A stretch of 63,036 nucleotides of DNA, the filler included, from an uncultured archaeon (lineage in GTDB: Archaea; Nanobdellota; Nanobdellia; Woesearchaeales; CAIVOO01), in the NCBI GenBank assembly GCA_903842985.1. It is 5 parts of 5 records of this genome, joined end to end, with 100 filler letters (N's around TTAATTAATTAA, not from the genome) between each part and the next. Parts side by side here need not be neighbours in the genome. Positions count along the whole stretch, not along the records: positions 37,658 to 58,678 come from CAIMOB010000012.1; 4 more parts are not named here. One strand, written 5' to 3'. Each line of letters opens with the position of its first letter. The first letter of the stretch is position 1. A program made the position numbers and the translations under genes. Positions 46,275 through 56,234 of this stretch are shown one piece after another. The notes under the pieces were generated by a model. That model made no database searches, was not told the DNA's origin, and was given only the letters and a program-made list of their open reading frames with translations.

Positions 46275-47168
46275 ATGGGGGCAAAAATAATACTATTTGT
46301 GCTAATTGCAGTTGTTTGTTCTTCATTAGCATCAGCAATTGCCCAGACACGAATTGAATTCGTAAGCGCGGTTTGCGATGATTCGGGCAACATTAATGCT
46401 GTTTTTAAGCAGTATGAAAGGCCCGTAGAAGCGACAAAAATTAACCTTACCGCAGTTCACTTGCTGACTGGCCAGCAATTTGAGCTTAAGGGAGACTGGT
46501 ATGTATTGAATGCCAAGGTAAAGTTCCTTATAGGGAATGTTGACTACTCCAATCCAGCCACATTTGTCTCAACAAACAACATGCTAAGTATGGGAGGGAA
46601 TTATACAGTTGAATTTTCGTATTACCAATCTCCAAGCGAATACTCATTTACAAAGTCAACATTCACTGTTGTATGCCCTGGGCTGGCATGCTTCTCAGAC
46701 AACATGTGCAAGGAAGAGGAATCATGCAGCAACGCCCACTGCACATTTCTGGACTGCGATAAATGTCATCTTGCCCAGTTTCACACATGCGATTCAAAAT
46801 GCAATGACAATAATCCATGCACAAATGATATTTGCAACGAAGGAGCGTGCACCAACACTTATGTTGGAGGCAGATGCTGCACAAAGAACGAGCAGTGCAA
46901 TGACGGCCTTGTATGCACACAAGATTACTGCGAAAAGAACAAGTGCTACAATGACCCAATTGTCTGCAAGAAGGCAGATGACAAATGCGTCTTTGCAGTC
47001 TGCGGTGAGCCGAAGGGATGCGTCTACCAGACAGACAAATCCTGCCTGGAGAAGGAGAACGAAAGAAGGAAGTATTTGATAACAGTCGGCAACCCAGAGG
47101 TTGTCAAGGTGCCGTTCTTCACGAAACTGTCTGATTGGCTGTCTGGAATATTTGGGAACTTTTTTTAA
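46275..47168 (+). CDS. Secreted Cys-rich repeat protein
   Basis: Signal peptide; CNDNNPCTNDIC and CNDGLVCTQDYC repeats; amphipathic C-terminus. Confidence 0.85.
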   Translation: MGAKIILFVLIAVVCSSLASAIAQTRIEFVSAVCDDSGNINAVFKQYERPVEATKINLTAVHLLTGQQFELKGDWYVLNAKVKFLIGNVDYSNPATFVSTNNMLSMGGNYTVEFSYYQSPSEYSFTKSTFTVVCPGLACFSDNMCKEEESCSNAHCTFLDCDKCHLAQFHTCDSKCNDNNPCTNDICNEGACTNTYVGGRCCTKNEQCNDGLVCTQDYCEKNKCYNDPIVCKKADDKCVFAVCGEPKGCVYQTDKSCLEKENERRKYLITVGNPEVVKVPFFTKLSDWLSGIFGNFF

Positions 47169-47169
47169 A

Positions 47170-47523
47170 ATGGCAAATCAAGAATCAGAATCAAGCATAG
47201 AGCAGAATTTAAGAGATAATGGTAAAGTAAAGGTAGGAAAGGACCTAAATTTAGAAGAAATATTTCTTGTGAAAATTTCAGAAAAGGCAGGTACTGGATA
47301 TGATTATACTCTTTGTTTCCCTTCAGAAAATTCTGTATTACAATTTCTTGAAAAAGAAGGTTTTGAATTAAGAGAAACATATAATAATCGCGAACAAAAA
47401 AGTCATTTTGCTGATGTGCAATTAAGAGGGGTTGGTTATTTTTCAGTATACAGCTTTTTGCACCCAACCAGCCGTGCTGGCGCTCATGTTGAAAAATTAG
47501 TATTTAGAGGCAAATATAAGTGA
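47170..47523 (+). CDS. Hypothetical protein
   Basis: ATG 47170 immediately after the preceding stop. Confidence 0.6.
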   Translation: MANQESESSIEQNLRDNGKVKVGKDLNLEEIFLVKISEKAGTGYDYTLCFPSENSVLQFLEKEGFELRETYNNREQKSHFADVQLRGVGYFSVYSFLHPTSRAGAHVEKLVFRGKYK

Positions 47524-47533
47524 GATTTTTAAA

Positions 47534-47875
47534 ATGCCAACACAGAAATTAGCGCTGAAACAGGCGCAGGATAAGGATGAAAAGGACATTGGCAGTGTTT
47601 CTTTCGAGCTGGTTAAAAAGAAAGGTAATTTTTATTGGAGTGGCACAAACCGACCTGCAATTATAGAACATATTTTGGGCGAAAAAACACACGACATTTC
47701 AGGGCTTTCAGAGTACTGGAGAGACCATCCTTCATTATTTGCGCAGGATTTTGCCAACACCCGTTTTCATCATGCAATAAAATCATTTCCTCAAAAAACA
47801 CATGTTGCGTATCATATTAAGAGCAGGACTTCTGACCAGATTATTGTTGATTACATGATTGCAAGAGAACAATAG
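47534..47875 (+). CDS. Hypothetical protein
   Basis: 113-aa ORF co-oriented with neighbours. Confidence 0.6.
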   Translation: MPTQKLALKQAQDKDEKDIGSVSFELVKKKGNFYWSGTNRPAIIEHILGEKTHDISGLSEYWRDHPSLFAQDFANTRFHHAIKSFPQKTHVAYHIKSRTSDQIIVDYMIAREQ

Positions 47876-47931
47876 AATTTCTATAAAAAATAAAAAATAT
47901 AATTTCCTATTTTACTAGGAAATTAAAAAAT

Positions 47932-48123
47932 TTAGAACCTTCTTGGGGGTCTGTGTTTCTGATAGCAGTCCCTGCAATAAACTGGCCTTGGCTTTCCGTC
48001 TGGATCATTGCTTGGCTTGAAAGGAACTTCGCATTCCTTGCCGCACTCTGAACAAACTGCCTTGTGCATTTCTTTTGGCCCGTCAAAATCACTTCCACCA
48101 GACCTTCTTTCTCCGTATCCCAT
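47932..48123 (-). CDS. CxxC-x17-CxxC zinc-ribbon family protein
   Basis: PKEMHKAVCSECGKECEVPFKP..RPVYCRDCY; GGTGA RBS before ATG 48123. Confidence 0.9.
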   Translation of the reverse strand: MGYGERRSGGSDFDGPKEMHKAVCSECGKECEVPFKPSNDPDGKPRPVYCRDCYQKHRPPRRF

Positions 48124-48403
48124 TTTTGTTTCACCTGTTGTTTGTTTATTATTGGCAATTACATTTGCAATTACCAAACCTGACTATTTTAGCCAGATAG
48201 AATATAAAAAATAGGAGGGGGTTTTTAAAGCCACGTATTGCGCTTAAAACAGTTTATGTGGCTGTTTTAAGGCTTTTAAGCGGTTTTAGGCATGAATAAT
48301 CTACATTAAAGGTCACTCCAGCCATACCTAGCATCTGCTTGGAAACATTTATTAAATCCTTTAGAAGCATAAAGAAAAATAGAATGCAAAATTTGAGGAT
48401 TTT

Positions 48404-49102
48404 ATGAAAAATAGCAAAAAAGTCTGTATAACAAAGAACGGACCTTACTTAGTTTCTGGAAATGTGCTTTTAGCAAAAGAACTATCAATCGCTGGCAAAA
48501 GCGGAGAGCCTGAGAAGTGGAAGAAAGGAAACAAATACCCAAAACAAGAGTCTTGTGCTTTATGCAGGTGCGGAAATTCAAATAACAAGCCGTTCTGCGA
48601 CAGAACTCATGCAAAAATCAATTTTAACGGCACAGAGACTGCAAGCAAAGAAGCATATCTAAAACAGGCTGAAAAACTGTCAGGCCCGAAACTTGAGCTT
48701 ACTGATGCGCAGGAACTTTGTTCAGCTGGAAGATTCTGCCATTTGGCTGGCGGAACCTGGAGCAATGTTGAGAAATCAGGCAATCCCAAATCAAAAAAGA
48801 TTGCAATACAAACAGCCTGCAATTGCCCTTCTGGTAGATTGGTGGTGTGGGACAAGAAAACAGGCAAACCAATCGAACCAAAATTTAAGTCATCCATTTC
48901 GCTAATTGAGGATACGCAGGCCAAGGTAAGCGGACCTATCTGGCTCAAAGGCGGAATTGAACTGGAGTCTGCTGACGGGAAAAAGTACGAGACCAGGAAC
49001 CGCTGCACAGTTTGCAGGTGCGGGAACTCAGGCAACAAGCCTTTCTGCGACGGCTCCCACATAGACTGCGAATTCGATGACGGAGACGAGAGCTTGAAAT
49101 AA
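48404..49102 (+). CDS. CDGSH iron-sulfur domain protein (CDGSH, divergent ferredoxin, CDGSH)
   Basis: LCRCG.S.NKPFCD.TH, CSAGRFC..CPSG, CRCG.SGNKPFCDGSH. Confidence 0.92.
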   Translation: MKNSKKVCITKNGPYLVSGNVLLAKELSIAGKSGEPEKWKKGNKYPKQESCALCRCGNSNNKPFCDRTHAKINFNGTETASKEAYLKQAEKLSGPKLELTDAQELCSAGRFCHLAGGTWSNVEKSGNPKSKKIAIQTACNCPSGRLVVWDKKTGKPIEPKFKSSISLIEDTQAKVSGPIWLKGGIELESADGKKYETRNRCTVCRCGNSGNKPFCDGSHIDCEFDDGDESLK

Positions 49103-49162
49103 ATGTCGGGCTATGAAATATTTTAGAATGTTTTATAAATTCTGATTGCTGTCTAAGAGAAC

Positions 49163-49732
49163 ATGAATTTTGGAAAAACACTTTATGTAACCAGTAGAAA
49201 ACAGTGGCGTTCGTGGCTTGCCAAAAATCATGCCAAAGAAAAAGAAATCTGGCTGATATATCCTAGAAAATTATCTGGCAAACCAAGAATACTGTACAAC
49301 TGTGCTGTTGAAGAAGCGCTATGCTATGGCTGGATAGACAGCAATCTCAAAGGAATTGATGAGGAAAAATTTGCCCAGAGATTCACTCCAAGAAAACCAA
49401 AAAGCAGGCTTTCGGAAATGAATAAGGAGCGTATCCGCAGGCTCATTAAAGAAAAGAAGATGACTGCTGCAGGGCTTAAAGCAATTTCAAATGTCTTTGA
49501 CAAGTCTAAAGACAAGAAAGAAAGATTAGCTGTCGCGCCTGATATACTCAAAGCGTTAAAGACAGATAAGCAGGCATGGGAAAATTTCCAGAATTTCCCG
49601 GAAGGTTACAAAAAAGTGCGCATTGGTTTTATTGAAAGCCGCAGACGCCATGGCAATGAGATGTTTCAAAAAAGCCTGCAGAATTTCATAAGAAAGACAG
49701 CAAAAAATAAGAAATTTGGAATGGTGCAATAA
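49163..49732 (+). CDS. YdeI/OmpD-associated family protein
   Basis: WRSWL..NH, AVEEALCYGWIDS, RFTPRKPKS..S..NK. Confidence 0.9.
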   Translation: MNFGKTLYVTSRKQWRSWLAKNHAKEKEIWLIYPRKLSGKPRILYNCAVEEALCYGWIDSNLKGIDEEKFAQRFTPRKPKSRLSEMNKERIRRLIKEKKMTAAGLKAISNVFDKSKDKKERLAVAPDILKALKTDKQAWENFQNFPEGYKKVRIGFIESRRRHGNEMFQKSLQNFIRKTAKNKKFGMVQ

Positions 49733-49878
49733 CAGATACCATTTTTTAGAACACGCGCGGCTACGCGCTTATTATTATGACACTTGTAAAATAGTTTTTT
49801 CCCGCCCTAACGCCTTTTTTTCTAAAAAAGGGGTTTGTTGCAAAACATTTAAATACCCTGCTTAAAACTTTTAAGCAT

Positions 49879-50331
49879 ATGAAAGTGCTGAAAGATACTC
49901 CACTTACTGAAATAACTCTAAGAAGATACGAGAAGCCATACAATCTGTCAAAGAGGGAGCTCGTCAAGAAACTATGCCTGAGCCTTGGCATGCTTCAGCC
50001 AGGTGATTCAAGGGACGTTGTTGTTGATGTTCTATACACAATGCTTCAGAACAAAAAAGAGATGAGTTCCGAGCAGATTGTTGCAGAAGTGATTGCATTG
50101 AGAAAAGAGCACAAGCTCCAGATGGTCGGCATTGCTTCATCAAACATAAGAAGGCAAATCAAGCGATTGAGGAATTTGCTTCTGCTGGAAAAGGTCAAGA
50201 ACAATTACAGAATGACAGAAAACCAGAAGCTTTCAGAAATTTTCAACGAGAAGATTCACGATACTGCTCTCAAGTCAATTGTTTCAAGGGTGCGCGAGTA
50301 CGCACAGCTGGTTGACGAGGAGTTCAAGTAA
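49879..50331 (+). CDS. Conserved archaeal wHTH-like protein
   Basis: EITLRRYEKP, LSLGMLQPGDSRD, ASSNIRRQIKRL. Confidence 0.75.
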   Translation: MKVLKDTPLTEITLRRYEKPYNLSKRELVKKLCLSLGMLQPGDSRDVVVDVLYTMLQNKKEMSSEQIVAEVIALRKEHKLQMVGIASSNIRRQIKRLRNLLLLEKVKNNYRMTENQKLSEIFNEKIHDTALKSIVSRVREYAQLVDEEFK

Positions 50332-50335
50332 AACT

Positions 50336-50419
50336 GCCGCAGTGGCACAACCTGGTACTGCGCAAGCCTGGAAAGCTTGTTCCCGCAAGGGTATCCCAGT
50401 TCAAATCTGGGCTGCGGCG
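50336..50419 (+). tRNA. tRNA-Ser(GGA)
   Basis: Acceptor GCCGCAG/CTGCGGC, anticodon arm CAAGC-CTGGAAA-GCTTG, long variable arm, discriminator G. Confidence 0.95.
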
Positions 50420-50485
50420 TTAGCAAAGCCCAGATCTGAAAATCCCGATGAAGTCGAGATTTTCTTTATCTGGGCTGCGGCGTTA
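50405..50485 (+). repeat. 18-bp direct repeat of tRNA-Ser 3' end (att-like) flanking a 45-bp insert
   Basis: ATCTGGGCTGCGGCGTTA at 50405-50422 and 50468-50485. Confidence 0.85.
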
Positions 50486-50487
50486 AT

Positions 50488-53109
50488 ATGCATCAAAAAA
50501 CAATAAAAGAGGCGCTTGCAGAGCTGAAAAGCTCTGAGAAAGGACTTAGTTCTGAGGAGGCTAAAAAGCGCCTTGCGAAACATGGCTACAACCAGATAGA
50601 GGAAAAAGAGAAGATAAGCGCGCTTAGTATTTTTATTGGGCAGTTCAGGAGCTTCATAATCTGGATTTTGATAATTGCGGTTATTATTTCTGCGTTTCTT
50701 GGCGAAATGGTTGACGCAGCTGTTATTCTTGCAATTGTTGTGCTCAATGCGGTTTTCGGATTTGTGCAGGAATACAAGGCAGAGAAGGCAATCGAGGCAT
50801 TGAAAAGCATGGCCAGCCCCAAGGCAACTGTTCTTAGGGACGGGAACGAGGTTGAAATTGATGCAAAAGAGGTTGTTCCCGGCGACATAATAATTCTCAG
50901 CGAAGGCGAAAAAATACCTGCAGACGCGAGGCTGATTGAGGTTGTCATGCTTGAGACGCAGGAAGCGTCTCTAACTGGGGAGTCATTGCCTGTTGCAAAA
51001 TATCTGAGAGTGCTTGACAAGGATACCGGCATTGCAGACAGGGTAAACATGGTCTTTTCAGGAACAGTAATCACAAAAGGAAAGGGAAAAGCAGTTGTCA
51101 TGGCAACTGGCATGAACACTGAATTAGGCAAGATTGCGCACATGATACAGACAGCAGAGCAGGAAACGACACCGCTCCAGAAAAAACTGGAAAAGCTGAG
51201 CAAACTCATAGCAGTTCTTGTCTTAGCGATATGCGCAGTAGTTTTTCTTGTCGGAGTTTTGAGGGGCGGAAAGGCAATTGACATGCTCATTTCAGCTGTC
51301 AGCCTCGCAGTCGCTGCAATCCCAGAAGGTCTGCCTGCTGTTGTCACAATCTCGCTTGCGCTTGGCGTTCAGAGAATGGTGAAAAGAAATGCGTTAATGA
51401 GAAAACTGTCGAGCGTTGAAACGCTGGGAAGCTGCACAGTCATATGCTCAGACAAGACAGGAACATTAACCCATAATGAAATGACTGTCAAAAAGATTTA
51501 TGCTAACAGTAAAATAGTTGACGTCTCTGGCTCGGGCTATTCACCAGAAGGAAAATTTTCATCCGACCCAAAGGAATTTTTGCCGCTGCTCAGGGCAGGT
51601 GCACTGTGCAACGACGCTTCGCTCGATAAGAATAATGTTTGGCAGATTATTGGCGACCCCACAGAAGGGGCATTATTAGTCAGCGCAGCAAAGGCCGGAC
51701 TGTGGAAAAAGGAGCTCGAGCTGAAATTCAAGCGCGTCGAGGAAATCATATTTTCTTCTGAAAGAAAACGAATGACAACAATTCACAAGGCAGGGAATGA
51801 AAGAATCGTGTACATGAAAGGCGCTCCTGACGTTGTGCTTGAATTATGCACAAAAGCGCTTGTCAACGGGCAGGAAATCACACTTTCAAAATCTGACAAG
51901 GAAAATATCCTTAAAGCAAATGAGGAATTTGCAAACTCTGCGCTGAGGGTATTGGGTTTCGCCTGCAAAAAAATCTCTGAAAATGAAAAGGACATAGAAA
52001 AAGACATGACTTTTCTGGGGCTGCAGGGCATGATAGACCCTCCAAGAGCAGAAGCGAGAGCAGCAATCACAAAATGCAAAAAAGCAGGCATAAAAGTTAT
52101 CATGATAACCGGCGACCACAAGGCAACTGCAATGGCTGTTGCAAGGGAGCTTGGCATCCAGGGCAGGGCAATAACAGGCCAGGAGCTTGACAAGATAGAA
52201 GATTTGGAAGATATCGTCGAAGACATAACAATTTATGCCAGGGTCAATCCAGAGCATAAGCTTAAGATTGTCGATGCGCTTAAGAAAAGAGGGCACATTG
52301 TTGCCATGACAGGCGACGGCGTTAATGACGCTCCTGCGCTGAAGAAGGCAGACATCGGAATAGCAATGGGCATAACAGGCACAGATGTCTCAAAGGAAGC
52401 AGCTGATATGATTCTCATGGATGATAATTTTGTCTCAATTGTGAATGCAATTGAGGAAGGCAGGACTATTTTTGACAACATCAGGAAATTTGTCGAATAT
52501 CTCCTTTCAAGCAACATGGGTGAGGTTCTGACAATGCTGCTTGGGGTAATGCTTTTCTCAACATCAGGAGGCAGCACCCTTCTTCCTCTTCTTGCAATCC
52601 AAATACTTTGGATAAACCTGATTACAGACGGACTGCCTGCACTTGCATTGGGCGTCGAGCCGCCTGAAAAGAACATAATGGAGAGGATTCCAATCAAGCC
52701 AAAAGAAAAAATAATGGACAATGAAAGGGCAATAATGATGCTTGTCATAGGATTAATCATGGCTGCCGGAACACTGGGCATCTTTAGGTACTGCGGGCCT
52801 GAAACAAACCTTGTTTATGCGCAGACAATGGCATTCACAACATTGATGGTGTTCCAGATGTTCAACGTGCTTAACCAGCGCTCTGAAAGGGAAAGCATCT
52901 TTAAGATAGGGATTTTCAAGAATATCTGGCTCTGGGGTGCAATAGCTGTTTCAGTTGGAATGCAGTTCTTGGTTCTTTACACCCCGCTTAATGGCATATT
53001 CCGCGTAGTTCCGCTGACCGGAATAGACTGGCTCTTGGTTATGGCTGTGTCTGCTTCTGTGTTTGTTGCTGTGGAAGTGATAAAGTATGTAAGAAAGATC
53101 GCTAAGTAA
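50488..53109 (+). CDS. P-type IIA (Ca2+-type) ATPase
   Basis: TGES, PEGL, DKTGT, KGAPD, TGDGVND, SSNMGE, NLITDG. Confidence 0.95.
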   Translation: MHQKTIKEALAELKSSEKGLSSEEAKKRLAKHGYNQIEEKEKISALSIFIGQFRSFIIWILIIAVIISAFLGEMVDAAVILAIVVLNAVFGFVQEYKAEKAIEALKSMASPKATVLRDGNEVEIDAKEVVPGDIIILSEGEKIPADARLIEVVMLETQEASLTGESLPVAKYLRVLDKDTGIADRVNMVFSGTVITKGKGKAVVMATGMNTELGKIAHMIQTAEQETTPLQKKLEKLSKLIAVLVLAICAVVFLVGVLRGGKAIDMLISAVSLAVAAIPEGLPAVVTISLALGVQRMVKRNALMRKLSSVETLGSCTVICSDKTGTLTHNEMTVKKIYANSKIVDVSGSGYSPEGKFSSDPKEFLPLLRAGALCNDASLDKNNVWQIIGDPTEGALLVSAAKAGLWKKELELKFKRVEEIIFSSERKRMTTIHKAGNERIVYMKGAPDVVLELCTKALVNGQEITLSKSDKENILKANEEFANSALRVLGFACKKISENEKDIEKDMTFLGLQGMIDPPRAEARAAITKCKKAGIKVIMITGDHKATAMAVARELGIQGRAITGQELDKIEDLEDIVEDITIYARVNPEHKLKIVDALKKRGHIVAMTGDGVNDAPALKKADIGIAMGITGTDVSKEAADMILMDDNFVSIVNAIEEGRTIFDNIRKFVEYLLSSNMGEVLTMLLGVMLFSTSGGSTLLPLLAIQILWINLITDGLPALALGVEPPEKNIMERIPIKPKEKIMDNERAIMMLVIGLIMAAGTLGIFRYCGPETNLVYAQTMAFTTLMVFQMFNVLNQRSERESIFKIGIFKNIWLWGAIAVSVGMQFLVLYTPLNGIFRVVPLTGIDWLLVMAVSASVFVAVEVIKYVRKIAK

Positions 53110-54580
53110 TTATAATTCCATTTCTTTCCTTCAGCGCATCGACGGCAAACTCAATCTTTTGTTTAATGTCTGCATATAATGTAAAAATTATTTCGCCTTT
53201 CTTCACTTTATCGCCCTTGTGCTTGTACAGGTAGATTCCTGCTGACTTGTCCTGCGGAGCGCCTGCAAGCCTAGCTGCCCTTGAAATCACTCCATTGTCA
53301 ATATGAATTATTTTTCCTGATTTTTTTGCCCTGTATTCATATTTTAATTTTGCAGGCTTTATCTTGTCCGGGTCAGTTATCTTTTTGCCCTGTGCATTTA
53401 TTATCTCAATCATTTTTTTGTATGCTTTGCCTGATTCAAGCATTTCTTTTGCAATTTTCCTGTCCATTCCGCACATCTCAAGCGTCTCCTCTGCAAGCAT
53501 CAATGATTTTTTCCTCAGGTCCTGCGGAGCCCTTTTGTCATTCTTCAAAAGCCAGAGAACATCTCTTGCCTCAAGCGCAGGCCCTATTCCATTGCCAATC
53601 GGCTGCGAGCCGTCTGTAATCAGAACCTTTATTTTCATCCCAAGTGCATTTCCTATTTCCTTAAATTCCCTTGAAAGCTTCTCCGCCTCTTTCCTGCTTT
53701 CTATTTTTGCGCCTTTTCCAAGCGGGATGTCAATAATAACATGCGTGCTTGACATAGAACCCTTCTTAGCCATTATTGAAGAAAGCATGTTGCCTTCTGC
53801 GTCAATTCTCAGCGGGTTCTCAACCTTTATTATTTTGTCATCTGCAGGAGCCAGATTAACAGCGCCGCCCCAGGTTATGCAGCCTCCTACTTTTTTCACA
53901 ATTTTTTCAACACTTTTGATTGAATGGCATACATTGCAAAGAACCTCCATTGTATCTGCAGTTCCCGCCGGGCTTGTTATGGACCTTGAACTTGTTTTAG
54001 GGACTGTCAAGCCGGCTGCAGCAAGTATGGGAACAACAACCATAGTTGTTCTGTTGCCTGCAACTCCGCCAAGGCAGTGCTTGTCAACAATAGGGTACTT
54101 GTTCAGCTTCAGTGTGTCACCTGTCTTTATCATTGCCTTTGTCAGCGCAACTGTCTCCTCAAGCGAAAGCCCGTGGGTGTAGCAGGCTGAAATGAAATAA
54201 GTCAACTCTATTGTTGTCAGCTCGTTGCTGACTATATCCTTAACAATTGCTTCGATTTCTTTTGGCTTGAGCCTTTTTCCATCAAGCTTTTTCTTTATGA
54301 ATTTTAATGAAACTGGCTTGCTTTCAATTACAACTTCAACTTCATCCTTGTCTTTCGCATTAAGCAGGTCCAGCATCTCTTCAAAAAGCCCGACTTCGCC
54401 CTCTGGGCAGGCCTTTTTCGACTCTGCGATGTCAAGGACTGCTATCGCTTTCTTCTTTCCATGATAAATTCCAATCCTGTCTTCCGGATGCAGATCAAGC
54501 TTTCTCGCATCATTTTCATTCAAAAGCGCAATAAGAATTCCGCCTGTTTCTATGTCCATATCTTTTACTCTTAACTTCAT
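53102..54580 (-). CDS. deoA: AMP phosphorylase
   Basis: N-terminal extension; DKHCLGGVAGN, PKTSSRSITSPAGTAD, QPIGNGIGPALEA. Confidence 0.95.
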   Translation of the reverse strand: MKLRVKDMDIETGGILIALLNENDARKLDLHPEDRIGIYHGKKKAIAVLDIAESKKACPEGEVGLFEEMLDLLNAKDKDEVEVVIESKPVSLKFIKKKLDGKRLKPKEIEAIVKDIVSNELTTIELTYFISACYTHGLSLEETVALTKAMIKTGDTLKLNKYPIVDKHCLGGVAGNRTTMVVVPILAAAGLTVPKTSSRSITSPAGTADTMEVLCNVCHSIKSVEKIVKKVGGCITWGGAVNLAPADDKIIKVENPLRIDAEGNMLSSIMAKKGSMSSTHVIIDIPLGKGAKIESRKEAEKLSREFKEIGNALGMKIKVLITDGSQPIGNGIGPALEARDVLWLLKNDKRAPQDLRKKSLMLAEETLEMCGMDRKIAKEMLESGKAYKKMIEIINAQGKKITDPDKIKPAKLKYEYRAKKSGKIIHIDNGVISRAARLAGAPQDKSAGIYLYKHKGDKVKKGEIIFTLYADIKQKIEFAVDALKERNGIIIT

Positions 54581-54582
54581 TT

Positions 54583-55647
54583 TTACTCGAACTCTGTTTC
54601 CTCGTATATCTCAACAAATGTGACAAACAAAGCCAAAATCAGCGGACCGAGAAATAATCCTATCGTCCCAAACATTGCGAGGCCGCCAAGAACTCCAAGG
54701 AGGACAAGCGCAGGGTGAAGTCGTGCCCTGTCTCCCACTAATTTCGGTCTGACGAAATTGTCTATGGTGGATACTACCAAAAGACCGTAAAGCATCAGGC
54801 CAATGCCGTTAAAGACAATTGTGTTGTTGCCTGCGGTAAGGCCGTCGGCAATCAGCACCAGCGAAGCAGGAATCCAGACAAGCGCAGTGCCTATGGCAGG
54901 GATTAGCGCGGCAAAGGCAGTAGCAATCCCGAGTATGACTGAAGAATGTATCCCAACGACGTAATATCCAATCAATGCCGTTGCTCCCTGGATAATTGAA
55001 ACAACGATTGAGCCGTAAATTGTCGAATTGATTACATCAGTCACCCTTTTCCCGATTTTTTCCTGATGGTCCTTTTTGAGCGGGAAAATCAGCCAAATCT
55101 TTTTGACCAGCGTTTCGCCGTCCTTGAATGTATAGTACATGACAAAGAACATTATGAACAAGTTAAGAACCAACTGGGGGACTGAAACTATGAAATCGGT
55201 CGCCCAATTTACTGCATAGGTTGTGGTTTTTCCCAGTGCGTTGTTAATATAAATGCTCACGCGCGGGTCCCCTACTGTTTTTGAGTAAAAATTCAGGATG
55301 CTGCATTTTACGCTTGATTCATTGCAAACAATATTTATGGTGGTTATGGTGGATACTTTCTGCTTCAGCATCACATAGGTGACATAAGCTTCATTCGCGA
55401 ACAAGTCCGCTATGATTACTGTGAGTATGGTAAATACAAGAATTATTGATAAGGAGATTATCAGCGCAGCTACCCAGTTTCTCTTCAGTTTCTTGAAAAT
55501 TTTTTTATAGATGGGATGGAAAATATATGCAAGAAGTATTCCTCCAATCACGGGATAAATAAAAGGCCTTAGAACTATTAGCGAAGCCACTAGCAGCAAC
55601 ACAAACAATATCCAGTACACGATTTTTGGGTATGTTATTTCTTTCAT
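54583..55647 (-). CDS. AI-2E family transporter
   Basis: IP.IGT.LVW.P, IDNFVRP, GG...FG..GLFLGP. Confidence 0.92.
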   Translation of the reverse strand: MKEITYPKIVYWILFVLLLVASLIVLRPFIYPVIGGILLAYIFHPIYKKIFKKLKRNWVAALIISLSIILVFTILTVIIADLFANEAYVTYVMLKQKVSTITTINIVCNESSVKCSILNFYSKTVGDPRVSIYINNALGKTTTYAVNWATDFIVSVPQLVLNLFIMFFVMYYTFKDGETLVKKIWLIFPLKKDHQEKIGKRVTDVINSTIYGSIVVSIIQGATALIGYYVVGIHSSVILGIATAFAALIPAIGTALVWIPASLVLIADGLTAGNNTIVFNGIGLMLYGLLVVSTIDNFVRPKLVGDRARLHPALVLLGVLGGLAMFGTIGLFLGPLILALFVTFVEIYEETEFE

Positions 55648-56123
55648 CAGTATGAAGTTGGCTGGTATGATGCCTGCTGAGACTTGTACGCCTGCACAAG
55701 TTTGTAGGCATAATCAGCCACTGGCTTATAGTCAGGTATGTTCTTTAATTTAAACTTTTTGTTTAATGAGACTGTTGCGGTGTTTGCGAAGAGGTCAAAA
55801 ATGTTTCTTTTTATCTTAATCTCTTCAACCTCTGAGAAAAGTGCGCTGCTTATCCTGTCGCCTGCATATTCAATCCTGTTCTGGTAGAATGAATAGCGCC
55901 AGTCCTGCGCCTTTTTGCGGGTTATGATGACCTGTATGACCGCGAGGACAACAAGAGCAGCAATTACTGCGATTCCAAGCCAGGAAGGCATTTCAAATGC
56001 AAGAAGCCAGATATTGACCCAGAACGCACCATAGAACAATGCACAAAGAACCACAAGCCTCAATATCTGCGGAATGACAATCCTCTTGATACTTGGTTTT
56101 ACAGAGTATTGAGCTATTTCCAT
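55647..56123 (-). CDS. Two-TM membrane protein with bPH-like domain
   Basis: Two TM helices then Y.FY.NRI..RNIFD.F.NTATV. Confidence 0.7.
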   Translation of the reverse strand: MEIAQYSVKPSIKRIVIPQILRLVVLCALFYGAFWVNIWLLAFEMPSWLGIAVIAALVVLAVIQVIITRKKAQDWRYSFYQNRIEYAGDRISSALFSEVEEIKIKRNIFDLFANTATVSLNKKFKLKNIPDYKPVADYAYKLVQAYKSQQASYQPTSY

Positions 56124-56234
56124 TTATTTGCCTCTTTTTTCATATACTTATCTGGCATTATTTAAAAAGTTTTGCTGGTTTTAGCCAAATATTTATATAT
56201 TAATCAAATCTGCAGTATATAAAGAGGCGCTAAT

